DNA of 64,000 nt from the human T2T-CHM13v2.0 reference genome, Homo sapiens. The notes beneath the pieces are model-generated. The model worked only from the letters and a program-made list of their open reading frames with translations. It had not been told where the DNA came from and did no database searches. The position numbers and the translations under genes are program-made. Below, piece after piece: positions 44,655 to 57,385 of the stretch. The stretch is taken from the NCBI RefSeq assembly GCF_009914755.1, contig NC_060935.1, one strand, 5' to 3'. Every line of letters begins with the position of its first letter. The stretch's first letter is position 1.

Positions 44655-46476
44655 TAAACACTTCCCATATGATAACTCATTTCATTAGCATAACAACTCT
44701 ACAAGGTAGCATTGTGGTCATTCCCATTTTACAGATGAGAAACTAACTGGGACATGAGAGGTTAAGATGACACAGCTAGTGTCAGAGCCAGACTTCCCAT
44801 TTGGGACACACCAGGTCTTCATGACACAGAGCCGCTGCTTCACTGCCCAGGCCATTGCCTGGGGCAGCTGGTTGTAGCCCGCCCCTCCCACTGCCACCCC
44901 AACTACTTCCCAGCAGAATAGGCAGAAAGAGGGGGCTCTCATGATGGCAGGTCTGGGTTAAGTGAGGCCTGGCCTTATGCATAGGTAGAGAGAGAGCCTG
45001 GAGCTGGGCCCCACCACTGTGGGAAACATAGGGAGGGCACGGCGACTTGAAAGTTTTCATTTTCCTCCTTCAGATTTAACCTGTTAACCAAAGTTCAAGG
45101 GAAGGAGACACAGTACATTTCTCATGTCTTTCTGGGAAACAAGGTGCTTCTTAGGCCTAAAGGAGAATTGTAAGATGTATCTGTTTGATTCAAGTCCAAA
45201 TGCAATGATCTAGACCTTACAGATGAGGGTGAGAGATTTCACATGTGCGTGTGTGTGTGTGCACGCGTGTGTGTATGTGTGTCCATGTGGGGTGGGGGCA
45301 GGTGTGGGATTGCATTATGTAGGTAAGTGCCTCAAGTCTGTGAGTGTGGCCTGGTCCCTGGCCCCAGAGGCAGGGGCTTCTGGTAGTGGACTTTTTGCAG
45401 TCCCTGGAGGCATGGCCTCTCTTGCACACTGCCTGCCTCCGGACACTGAGTCTGGACTCCTACATGGGGTTAACACTCAGTGAGGACTGACAGCTTGATT
45501 GGCACTTGCATGACCGCTGAGCAGCGTGTGCTCCTGTTGTGCCAGCAGTCAGCCAGGTGTGCTGTGATATGTGGTCACCCAAGCACCTCAGTGACAGAGG
45601 CCCTCAGAGGGTTTCTGGGGGCAAAGCTCGGCTGGCCTCCCTCCGGCATGGGATTTTCTCAAGGTCCCATGCTGCCTTCTCAGGTGGAGAAATCCAGGCT
45701 GAGAAAGAGGAGGGAGGGTGGGGAAGGAGGCCTGGGGAACAGTGAGGGGCTCATATTTACTGAACACTTGTTTTGTGCCAGGCTACATATTTACACCCTT
45801 TGGCTCCCTTAGTCCTTATAGTAGCTCTCATCACCCCTGGTTTAGGGAAAAAGAAATAGAAGCTCAGAGAATAATGATATATTAATATCAATAACCACAG
45901 TGTGATATCAATTATAAGATGGGTCAACTTGCATGGAGCTTAACTGTGAGGCCCAGGGCAAGTCACTTAGCCTCTCTGTATCTCAGTTTCTTCATGTATA
46001 AAATGGGGATAATAATTGTTCATCTCATAGGGCTTTGGCAAGGATGAGATGGTGCTTGGCACAAGGTTTGGTACACAGCTCGTGTTCAGTAAATGTTGGC
46101 TAAAACCACCATGACCAAGCAAACACAGCATACCAGGTCCTGGGCTAAGGGCTTTCTTTCTACTACATTGTTTAAATATCATAATAACTCCAAGAGACGT
46201 ACATTTTACTTGGCAGCAAAACGAGGCTCAGAGAGGTTAGCTGAGCCGTGCACGGCCTCGAGGCCACAGAACTAGGGAGTTTGGGGGTGAGGGTTCCAGC
46301 ACCTTTTATCTGCAAGAGGTTGCCCTTCCTTCCATCCAGGAGCCCTCCAGCCCTCTGCCCTGAACTCTGGTGTTCCTAGGCCCCAGCACAGCTTTGTCTT
46401 CCACCTGCGGCCAGCACCACCTCCTGCCCTAGCCCATCCTGGCTGCACTCAGGTGGGCTCCTTCAAATGTACGCAC

Positions 46477-46597
46477 CTGTCTGATGCTCAAAGGCAGGGT
46501 AGTACTCTTCATTGCTGAACAGATCAGTCCACGACATCAGGGGATCGCAGAAGGATGCATTAGGCAGGAAGGTGCTGTGTGTCACCGAGTCCAACAT
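46477..46597 (-). CDS. ELF5: ELF5 first common coding exon (exon spans 46477-46601); ATG at 46597, [40 protein letters not shown]
   Basis: ttgcag|GGTAATG acceptor, G|gtgcgt donor; six exons sum to 768 nt = 255 aa + stop. Confidence 0.96.
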
Positions 46598-46989
46598 TAC
46601 CCTGCAACAGCAGGAGAGGTCGTGAGGAGGCTGGGGTGAGGTACTCCTGAAGCCACACTGTGCAGGAGCCCCTAGCAGGGCGATACTTGTTTTTTAAAAA
46701 TGATAACAAATATGTCACTCACTAGGAGCAGGCACCGCCTAGTGTCACCTACGAGTGACATTATTCCACCCTTGCCATATCCTGTCTATCCCCATTTTAG
46801 ATGAGAAAACTGAGGCAAAAGGGTTGAGACAATTGCCAAAGTGATATAACTAGAAAGTGGCAAAGAGGGGACTGGAGCATGGAGGCTCTGATTATGCAAT
46901 ATTGCCTCTTTATTTATGTTTCCTGTTTGCTCACATCTGACCCCTGAACTCTGACTTATGATGTTCAATAATATGCTTCTAGAAACAGC

Positions 46990-47367
46990 GTGAGATGCAG
47001 CCATAAGAAAGAACAAGATCATGCCCTGTGCAGTAACACAGATGCAGCTGGAGGCTATTATCCCGAGCAAATTAAGTCAGGAACAGAAAACCGTATACCT
47101 CATCTTCTCACTTAGAAGGGGGCACTAAATGTTGAGTACTCCTGGACATGAAGGTGGGGACAATAGACACTGGGGACTACCAGAGGGAGGAGGCAGGGAA
47201 GAGGGCCAAGGTTGAAAAACTAACTACTGGATACTATACTCAGTACCTGTGTGATGAGATCAATAGCACCTGAAACCTCAGCATGGTGCAATACACACAG
47301 GTAACAAACCTGCACACATACCCCCTGAATCTAAACTAAAAGTTGAAATAATAAAAATAAAATAAAA
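46990..47367 (+). mobile_element. L1PA/L1PB-type 3' end
   Basis: GCAGCCATAAGAAAGAACAAGATCATG...GTAACAAACCTGCACACATACCCCCTGAATCTAAA, A-rich tail. Confidence 0.85.
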
Positions 47368-47369
47368 TT

Positions 47370-47661
47370 GTTTTTTTTAAAAGATGTAATCCTGCTCTGT
47401 CGCCAGGCTGGAGTGTAGTGGTGTGATCTAGGCTCACTGCAACCTCTGCCTCCTGGGTTCAAGCGATCCTCCCACCTCCACCTCCCGAGTAGCTGGGTCT
47501 ACAAGTGTGTACCATCAAACCTGGCTAATTTTTGTATTTTTAGTAAAGATGGAGTTTCACCATGTTGGCCAGGCTGGTCTCGAACTCCTGACCTCAAGTG
47601 ATCTCCCCTTCTTGGCCTCCCAAAGTCCTGGGATTACAGGTGTGAGCCACAGAAACTGGCC
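47370..47661 (-). mobile_element. Alu (AluS-like) inserted in the L1 tail
   Basis: Antisense dimer. Confidence 0.9.
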
Positions 47662-47699
47662 GAAAAAAATAAATAAATAAAAATGAGGTAAGAATTACT

Positions 47700-48100
47700 G
47701 TGTGTGATTAATCCATAATTCTGAAATCTGAAAGCTCTGAAAACTGAAAGGAAGTGTGTGTGTACGTGTGTGTGTGTTTGCTGCAATCTTATTTTCTAGC
47801 ACAAAACAGTCCTGAATTGATGTTATATAGTTTTATATACTGTTTCATACATACATACACATACATACAACATATATATGTTATACAGTTTTATAACTAT
47901 GGTTGCAGTTTTATTTATTGCACTGAGTGAATATTCTTATGATGCAGTGCAGAAATATTAATGTTTAGAGCAAACCCTAAACCCTGAGGGGTAATCTGTA
48001 CTCCACTGTATATATACTATCTCGCCTTCCTAAATCTGTGAAGAATTCAGAATTCTGCAGCATGTGCGGCCCAAGGTTTTGGAGACGAGTGTGGACCTGT
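47700..48100. mobile_element. Tigger/MER46-like DNA transposon remnant
   Basis: AATTCTGAAATCTGAAAGCTCTGAAAACTGAAA and GGCCCAAGGTTTTGGA..GGACCTGT ends. Confidence 0.5.
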
Positions 48101-48734
48101 GGTAATTGCAACAAGCACTTCACTTTGGGCTTCATGCTGAGTACTTTAGCACTTTAGCTATATTCTTCCTGGTCTGCTCAGAACAACCACTCTGAGATAG
48201 GTACTGGCAGCAGTTCCATTTCATAGGTGAGGGATGGAGGCTCTGAGATTCCGGGTAATACATGCAAAGCCAGCGAAGCTGGGTGGTGGCTCAGGTGTGT
48301 CTGTTTAAAAAGCCCATTCTAATTGCTGTGCTCCAGTCCCCACACACTTTGGTGGCGGCAAGGAGCTCTGGGGCAGGGTGTGTGGTTGAGGCTGGAAGGA
48401 AGGCAGAAAAGAACAGGCCTAGGGCCCCCGCTTGCACACATTCTTGCCTGTGCTGGTCTCAACTTTGCTGCTTCCCATGTTCCCACATGCCACTCTCTAC
48501 TGAATCCCATCTCCCCGCAATTCAGAAAAAATAATAATCTGTGTTTGGTGGATTAAAACAATCTGTTCACCCGAATTCTTTTTTCTGATTCTTGAAATAA
48601 TGTTGACATAGAGTAGTTCTTTCCTCGTTTTGCAAAGGGAACATAGCTGCTCAAGATCACACCACTGGTAAGTGTCTTGGGATATTAAACACATGGAATT
48701 TTAAGATTGGCAGGAGTGAATTCTTCATCTAGTC

Positions 48735-49572
<838 letters not shown>

Positions 49573-49896
49573 GAGTTAGTCCAATTTCCCTCCTCGCCTC
49601 CACCATTTTACAGTTGAGGAAGTTGAGACTCAGGGAATTTGTGTAACTAGCTCAAGGTCACATAGCCAGTGGATGCCAGAGTTAAGTGGCAGGGAGGTCC
49701 TTAGTTTTCTGACTCTCAGCCCATCTGCTTCTCTTTCTGAAAACACAATTGAGCCCCAAGGCACACTTATATAGCAAATCAAACCTCAGTACTAAGAGGG
49801 GCAGGATTGTGTGATTCTGAAACCAAAGGTCAATTCTTTGCAGATGCTTGAAAATCTCCAACCACCATCATCATCACCATCAAATGTGCATGAGAC

Positions 49897-50200
49897 GCCG
49901 GGTGCGGTGGTTCATGCCTGTAATCCCAGCACTTTGGAAGGCCAAGGTGGGCAGATCGCTTGAGGTCAGGAGTTCGAGACCAGCCTGGACAACATGGCGA
50001 AACCCCGTCTCCACTAAAAACACAACAATTAGCTGGGCATGGTGGTGCACACCTGTAATCCCAGCTACTCAGGAGGTTGAGGCATGAGAATCACGAACCC
50101 AGGAGGCAGAGGTTGCAGTGAGCTGAGATCGTGCCACTGCACTCCAGCCTGGGTGACAGAGTGAGACTCTGTCTCAAAAACAACAACAACAACAACAAAA
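49897..50200 (+). mobile_element. Alu (AluS-like), TSD AAAYGTGCATGAGA, (AAC)n tail
   Basis: Sense dimer. Confidence 0.9.
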
Positions 50201-51467
50201 ACGTGCATGAGAACTCCTCTCCAGATGTAAATATATAACCGAGTTTGAATTCTGACACTTAGGCACCTTTTCTGGGCCATCACCCAAGAGTTTCCAGACT
50301 CTGCTGGGAAGTCTCTTTGCTGATGCCTGGAGAGGGTTAATGTGCTCTGCAGATTATCGTGGGCATGGATCTCCTCCTGGGAGCCCAATCAAACAGATGT
50401 CAAGGCTGCCTGGGTTTGGGCTGTGATTTTCCCACGGATTGGCTGGTTTTATATCCTGAGTGTGGGGGGCAGGGAGGGGGTAGGATGCTGAGGGATGGGG
50501 TGAGAGGTTATGAGGAAGGGAAGGGCCTCAGGAGCTGAAAGCCACTTCTGCTTTCTGGACTGGACTTCAGAAAAGTTCCTTTAAGTGAGGGCTGAAGACA
50601 AATATATCCCTTTTCTTCTGGGCCAGAAGGCTCAGAAAACTAAAGAAGAGGATGGCAGGCCTGTGATATGACCTTCTTTGGGTTGGGAGAAAGGAGAGGT
50701 GAATTCCACATGGAAGAAAACAGAAAACAGTCCCCAGGTCTTCAGTGTCAAATAAGGAATCCATCAAATACAAAACACGACAGTGGGAATGAGATCTTCC
50801 TCATCTATGCCTCACTAATTGCTCTCAAAAGTCATTGGGTATTAACAAAAAAAAAGGTCATTTGGTAAATTGAATGGCATTATATAAAAACTAGAAATAT
50901 TTTTTGATCAATAGTATTTTTACCTCTTTTAATATTGTTATTCTTTCTCCTCTTTATACCGGCCTACTCACTTGATCTGTAATCTCTCTAGTGCTATACA
51001 CAATGCTGTATCTGATTCCCTTTGGTAATTCCTTCTAAGGCAAATTATATCCATTAAGTTTTTGTAAAGGGCCTTCTCAGGTGTACAGCATGCTATTTTT
51101 CTTCTGTAATTATTTCTTGCTTTTGGAAAAAATATCTTTTATAAAAGCAGAAAAAGGTGTTTTTTTTTTTTTTTCCTGTTACAGCAGGAGTGGGTGTTAT
51201 TAACTCTGGGCTCTCCACAAAAGACCTTGGCTACTTAGCCAGCATGCAGTAGGTGTGAGAGTTCAAGAATAATGGCTGCTTTGTATTCAGTAGCCTCTCT
51301 TCTCTAGGCCCTCTAAGGTCCTTGCAATAATTGAACATTTTAGCTCTTAAGGACTTCTTTAGTGGAGGTAGAGCAGGATAGGTGTGAAAAGGCAGATGTC
51401 CAGAGCCCCCTTTCTCAGAAGTAACACTGAGGCCCAGGGATATGTGAACACAGGCCTGAGGTTAGGC

Positions 51468-51698
51468 CAGGCCTGCTCAAGGGGGGTGATATTGCCCCCC
51501 TCTTTAGGGAACAAAGATGAGTTCTTGGGGATCAAAAAACTGAGTTATTAATTACAGTGTTTTATCATGCTCCAAAGGTCTACAGTAGATGTATAGTTTA
51601 TCTCTGGTACTCACATTTCTGGTGGGGAGATGATTAAGAAAAAATGACCTAAAAAGTGTCCTTAGGAGAAGTGATAAAAAAAAGGTGGAGAAGCGCTG
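51468..51698. mobile_element. hAT-Charlie MITE-like remnant
   Basis: CAGGCCTGCTCAAGGGGGGTGATATTGCCCCCC start and AAGGTGGAGAAGCGCTG end resemble Charlie termini. Confidence 0.5.
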
Positions 51699-52391
51699 TG
51701 ATAGATCCACCTAGTGTCAGCGCCAGTACAGACAGGGATCTGCTGGGAGGTCTCTTGGCCTGCTGTTCTGGACATACTTTTCATTTTGTGAGGGACTAGC
51801 TGGCTCATCATGGAAGGAGCCCTGGGCCTGGAGTTATGATTCTGCCTCTTGCCCCTCTCCAAATCTCAGTTCTTCAACTACTAAACAAGAACACAGATAA
51901 AACAGCCCCCAAGGTCTGCCCTAACTCTGTGACTTTCTGCAGACACCCACCTGATTGAGCCAACACATCCAAACCTGGGCACTCACACACATATGCATAC
52001 ACATTGATTATATTTGCATTTTTTTGGTCAAGCAAGTCCACCAAATTGGAGGAAAATCCAACCACTACACACAGACTGAACTTTTAGTGCTGAAAAAGCT
52101 CCCTGATTTCCTCTTCTCCCTTTTCTCCTGTGCCCACTGCCTTCTACCCCAGTTGGAGGTAGATACCTCAGGACAACTGGATATTCTTTGCCCAGCCTAG
52201 CTGGGTACCTTAAACACTCTGGACCCTCACTCACTGCCCACCGATAGATCCGTGGAAGCTGGAATCAGTTTCCCCCAAATGTAGTCATCATTCTAGCTGC
52301 CTAGTAAGTAGGAAAAGCTCAAGAATGATTAACACAAGGTGGTGGAATCAGGTGGGCTCACTTCACACATGAGAAAGTTGGCTGCAGGTAC

Positions 52392-52417
52392 CTGTGGGAG
52401 TGAGGCAGAGATGGCAT
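52392..52417 (-). CDS. ELF5: ELF5 alternative first exon, coding part (MPSLPHSH-R), giving the 265-aa isoform (ESE-2a type)
   Basis: ATG CCA TCT CTG CCT CAC TCC CAC AG|gtacct splices in frame onto GGTAATG to read MPSLPHSHRVMLDS; 5' end of exon not determinable. Confidence 0.9.
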
Positions 52418-54229
52418 GGAAGCTGAGGTCCCCAGATGCCTCCAGTGGCTTCTGAACCCTTCTCAGAGCTGGCTCACACACCAAATGCACACAGAGAGGG
52501 TCCACCGAGTTGGAGGGACAGGCCTGTGGGCTTCTCAGTGTCACACAAATCAGAGGCAGCAATAACAGGTGTGGCTCCCATGGCCTGAGCAACCCGGCAC
52601 CCCTGCTCAGCCTCCCAGAGAGAGGGGAAGGAGCAAACCACTCAGCCTTGGCCAGTTTGCCAGAGGAGGAAAATTCCTTCCTGACTCTGGTGGTGATCAT
52701 CAACTTCACTCTGGGCATGTGACCAAAAATTGGCCCAATTAAGCATCTACACATTGGCTGTTTACGGGCCAAATCATCACTGGGCAGAACTAGGCCATAG
52801 GGTGCAAAATATAGAAAAAAGTGGCCAAGATTGGGCTTCCTCAACCCCACCCTCTGAGTGGTATCATTGGGAAGAAAATCGGTTTTCCTTCCTTAAAGCC
52901 TCAGTGATACCCAAATGTCCACTCCGTCCCAAGACTTGTGAGCAAGGGAGGGTCAATTTCCCAGCCCTTGGACCTCCCTAAGAAGGGGCCCACTGAGGAG
53001 AACCCAGTGGAGTATTTCAACACTTACTGCTAAAGAAAGATTGAGGGTTGGGTGCTTGAGGGTTTGTTCTTCTGAGAGGAACCCTAGCAACTGTGAGAAC
53101 CAATTTGCTGACCTCTTGTCAAGTGATTCCTCATTTTTCTTTAGCTCGCTTAGGGAGTTTGCGTGTTTGTTTGTTTGTAGCTGTTTTTCTGAAGGTGCAG
53201 CGAAGATCCAAAAAGGTATGCCATGTAGTTTGCTGTAGGCTTCGATGCAAAGCTTACCAGTTTTGGATTACATATATCAGGGGTTAAATCCTACCTCTGC
53301 TGCTGCGAACGTGGGGCACATTTCTTACTACCCAGACTGCTGAAATTCTTAAGCTTTTTTTCATATAGATGTGGTATATAAATATTCATGCCCCTCTTCG
53401 AACTACGGTTTCCTCATCTCTAAAATGGGGATTTTTTTTTTTTTAAATCATGCAATCCGATATATGCAAAGGACGGGGCATAATACATATATTCAATCCT
53501 GTTTTAGAGGGAAAAATCAGCCATCAACAATGTATCTAAAAATTTGCCACTCTGGTGACTTCTGAAAAAGGGAGATGACCAAACTGAAAACTCCGGCCCG
53601 AGAATACCTTAGATTATGAAAAACAGTATTGCAGAGAACACGAAGACAACAGAATCAAGCGTTCACTCGGATGGGCAAACCACCCCTTTCCCTGGGTCTC
53701 TGGACTAGACTGAACCACAGAGCTGCCTCCCTAAGTCATCTAGCCTTTCTGGCCTCAGTTTCCTCATCTGTAACATGAAGCGATTGCACCTAGTGATGTC
53801 TGACACACTTTCGGGCGTACAAAAGGCATCCACACGCAGGCCCGGCTTCAGCCTGAGGAGGGAGCTTGTGCTACCTGTCGCTGTCAGCAGGGGGCAACCC
53901 CACAGAAACCCCACACACTGCAGAGTCTGACAAGGCCTGAGAACACAGTGGAAAAACGCTAACCATTGCTTTTCTGGAAGCATTCTCTTCTGGGGAGATG
54001 TCAGAGGGCAAATGGGTTTCTTTTAAAACTGTTTTGTACAAATTCCTGAAAATGCCCCAAACTATAATAAGGGAGTTCTCTGTATCGAGGGGGTGGGGGA
54101 CAGTGGGCAGGCCGGTGGGGAAAGGAATTCAGTCAGGGGAGAAGGGTAGGTGGGGGGCTTTCCTTGAAGCTGAATATTTTTCTGAGTAAAATCCAGCTTC
54201 CCTTCCTAAAGAAGCTTTAGGGAGGATAG

Positions 54230-54960
54230 AGAACTGAGCGCCTGGGCGCGTTCTCTTAATTCCCCTTGGTTCAGCTAAGGGATCCAGAGGGAGTGGTGGC
54301 TGTGAGGAGGGCTGGTGGCCACACGGCCTGCGGAGGCAAGCAGGTCTCTCTGAGGCAAGCCGTCACATCCGTGTCAAACAGCTCCCGGAGGCCCTGGGAC
54401 TGCACCCAGCGCAGGTGCCGGCCCTGGAGCTGGAGATGGACGAGCAGACCCAGGCCCCAGGCCGAGCCTCTGAGCCCTGACACCCCTTACGATTCATCCA
54501 AAAAAGCAAAGAAAAGGCGCTTACGTGAGGGCAGCGGTGGCTAGGTCCAAAGAGGAGGCTTTCAAGGCAAGAGAAGGCAGGCGCTCCCAGCACCAGCGTG
54601 CAGTGGAAATAAAGACACCTGTAGCCTTGTGATATAAGTGACACCTACAGACAGGTCCGTTTGGTTTTTCAGGTTTACGCACAGCCCCTTTGATGACGGT
54701 GACATACAGTGTGACACGGCTCCTTGGAGGGGGGGAAATGGTTCTCATATGCAGAAAGTTTACCTTTATCCTGCTTTTGTGCGCAGCTCACCCCTGCCCT
54801 GCAACCCCCCACTCCCAGCCCAGGGGACTCAGTAAACAAGCAGAAAATTCTTGTCCCTGGGAGCTGTGCGGGGATCGTGCGTTTGGTGAGGAATTTTCCT
54901 CTGTGCAAGCTGGAGGGGAAACACAGAGATTCCACCCTGGTGCCGGTCTGCGCTGCCTCT
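54230..54960 (-). promoter_or_regulatory. ELF5: ELF5 distal promoter / first-exon region, GC- and moderately CpG-rich, TATA-like TTATAT at 54632-54637
   Basis: Local CpG enrichment around the first exon; TATA-like element at its 5' edge. Confidence 0.7.
54525..54630 (-). other. ELF5: ELF5 non-coding upstream first exon (255-aa isoform, ESE-2b type)
   Basis: CTCAC|gtaagc donor; no ATG in exon; resembles the ELF5 5' UTR as I recall it; 5' end approximate. Confidence 0.8.
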
Positions 54961-56128
54961 CTCCCAGGCTGGCTGAGCCCAGTGCTTTTGTAAGATCATG
55001 TCTTTCTCCGTTTTTCCCATGTGGTGAGAAGGAAGAGCATTATAGGCCCAGTGTTAAGACCTCAGGTTTTGCAGCTAGTTGCCTTTAGATTCAAATTCAG
55101 TGTCCATCATTTCCTAGCTGTGCTACCTAGAAAAATGTAGCTAACATCTCTGGGCTTCATGAGTGTAATGTAAGTGATGGGGCCTCTCCTCATGTGGATG
55201 CCAGCTCTCAGGTGTCTCGCTGAGAACTGCCCGCTTTTTAGTACTTCTTCGTGACAACAGAAACTCTGCCTAATTTAGGCTGCAAAGCACAGTGTCCCAG
55301 GTCATCTATGAGACAGGTATTTATAACCCTGTGCCTTTTTGCATTCTGCTTCTAGCCATCTTGGGCAGCCGAGATGTTGTATTCAAATGGCAGACTCCAA
55401 GCTTTAAAGCGAAAGCAAGGACTGGTTTGTTATGTTTTCTTGGGATCACCGGGCATGGTTACAAACACACAAATACAAATACGCATATAGTCTGCAGAAA
55501 CAAAAGGCAGTTCGTGAGAGGATTCGGGGTGTCATCATGGAAAAATTGTTGAAGGAAGATAGGTGACTGCCTAGACCCCTATCTTGGCTGGGTAACCTGG
55601 ACTTCTCTGGGCTTCATTTTTCCCCAGTGGCAAAAGGAGGAAGTGGGATTGAAATAGTGATTTTTTTCAAACTGTGACTTGAGGAACCCCAGGGGCTCCC
55701 TGGAGCCCTTACAAGGACTTTTGCGGGTGAGAGGATGGGAGTGGAGTAGAGTGGGTTAGGCTCTAGACCACCCCGTTCCTTCCTGACTCAATAAGAGCAT
55801 CTCAGCTTTTATATAAATCTTCCGGGTAAGATTTCATTTGAACAAAAGAATCTGCCCTTAGAAAGGGTTTGCAAGTAACTGGATTACATGGTCTTTGGGC
55901 CTCTTTCAAGCTTTAAAATTCTGTACTTCTCTTCCTCTTTGGTTTCTAGGGGACTGTGCACTGTGATAGTCCCACACACTGTGTTTTCCATTGTTGGGCA
56001 CTGGCCTATCTTGTCATTGATTTCTGAAATGTTACCAGTGTTTCTTTCTGAACATATACATTCTTCTCAGTGGAGAGGTTTTTAGGGAAAACATGTTATT
56101 CTGATACTGTTTTTAGAAAGAGTCTTTT

Positions 56129-56421
<293 letters not shown>

Positions 56422-57229
56422 GAGTCTTTTGGAGAAATTATATTTTTTCTATACTCTTTTGGCTCAATTTTTTCCCCAGGGGCTGTGGCTGCCCAACTGA
56501 CTCAATTATTTGAGTATAAAAGTCTTCTGACAATGGATGTACAAGACCATGAACTCTGTTTGTCTCACGGTCCCAAATGAATAATATAGCATTTCTGGGT
56601 GCCCGTGTGTGAAATTGCAGGCTTCTGGATCAGTGGATAAAAGGGATGATTAAGATAAACCCAAAATAAAAGAAGAATTTGACTCTAATTAAGTGTAACT
56701 ATCACTTTAAACTTAAATTTGATTGGAATGGAGATCTTGGATGATATTGAACATGAAGCATCTAAGAACTTCATTATGAGTGTTGAATGACAACAAGAAT
56801 GGGGACTGGGGATGGAAGAGGAAGGTAAAAGGACTAGGGTGGAGGGAGGGGGCAGAAGAAGGAATGAGACATTTTAGAACTCCCAGCCTATCCTGCTTCT
56901 GGTGTCCTGGCTATACAGCAATATTAAGTAACACCAATTGGGCTTATAATTGTAACGTAGTGGCTAAGAAAACAGATTCTGGAAGGAGACTTCCCAAGTT
57001 TGAATCTCTGATCTGCCATTTGCTGTCTGGGTGAGTCTGGGAAGCCTATTGAACATCTCTGCATCCCAGTTGCCTCATCTGTAAAATGGGAAAAAAGGAA
57101 TACATTTCCTGTAGGGTTGTTGTGTGAATTAAATGAGTGAAAACTTGGGGAGTAGAAGGAGCCCTAACTAAGTGTGGCTTATTTACATTTTGACCTGTTA
57201 TATTCCTTACATTAAATTTTCATACATAT

Positions 57230-57385
57230 TCGACAAGGAAGTTACTGATCATCTCTAATTTACAGATGAGGAAACTGAGGCACAGAGAGGTTAAGTAACT
57301 TGTTCACGGTCACACAGCTAAGTGGTAGAGCAAGTATTTTAGTCTAGGCTGCCTGCCTCTGGAGCCCATCCTCTTAACTGTTGTG
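57230..57385 (+). mobile_element. MIR (one of many MIR/L2 fragments; others e.g. ~34900-35080, ~44690-44800, ~58570-58745, ~60610-60750)
   Basis: Core TTTACAGATGAGGAAACTGAGGCACAGAGAGGTTAAGTAACTTG. Confidence 0.8.

Noticed and set aside
51481-51500. GGGGGG-TGATATTG-CCCCCC hairpin
   Set aside because: Matches the usual sub-terminal motif of hAT-Charlie MITEs.
52329-52850. 173-aa - strand ORF across the alternative first exon
   Set aside because: Different frame from MPSLPHSHR, runs through the donor, no recognisable domain.
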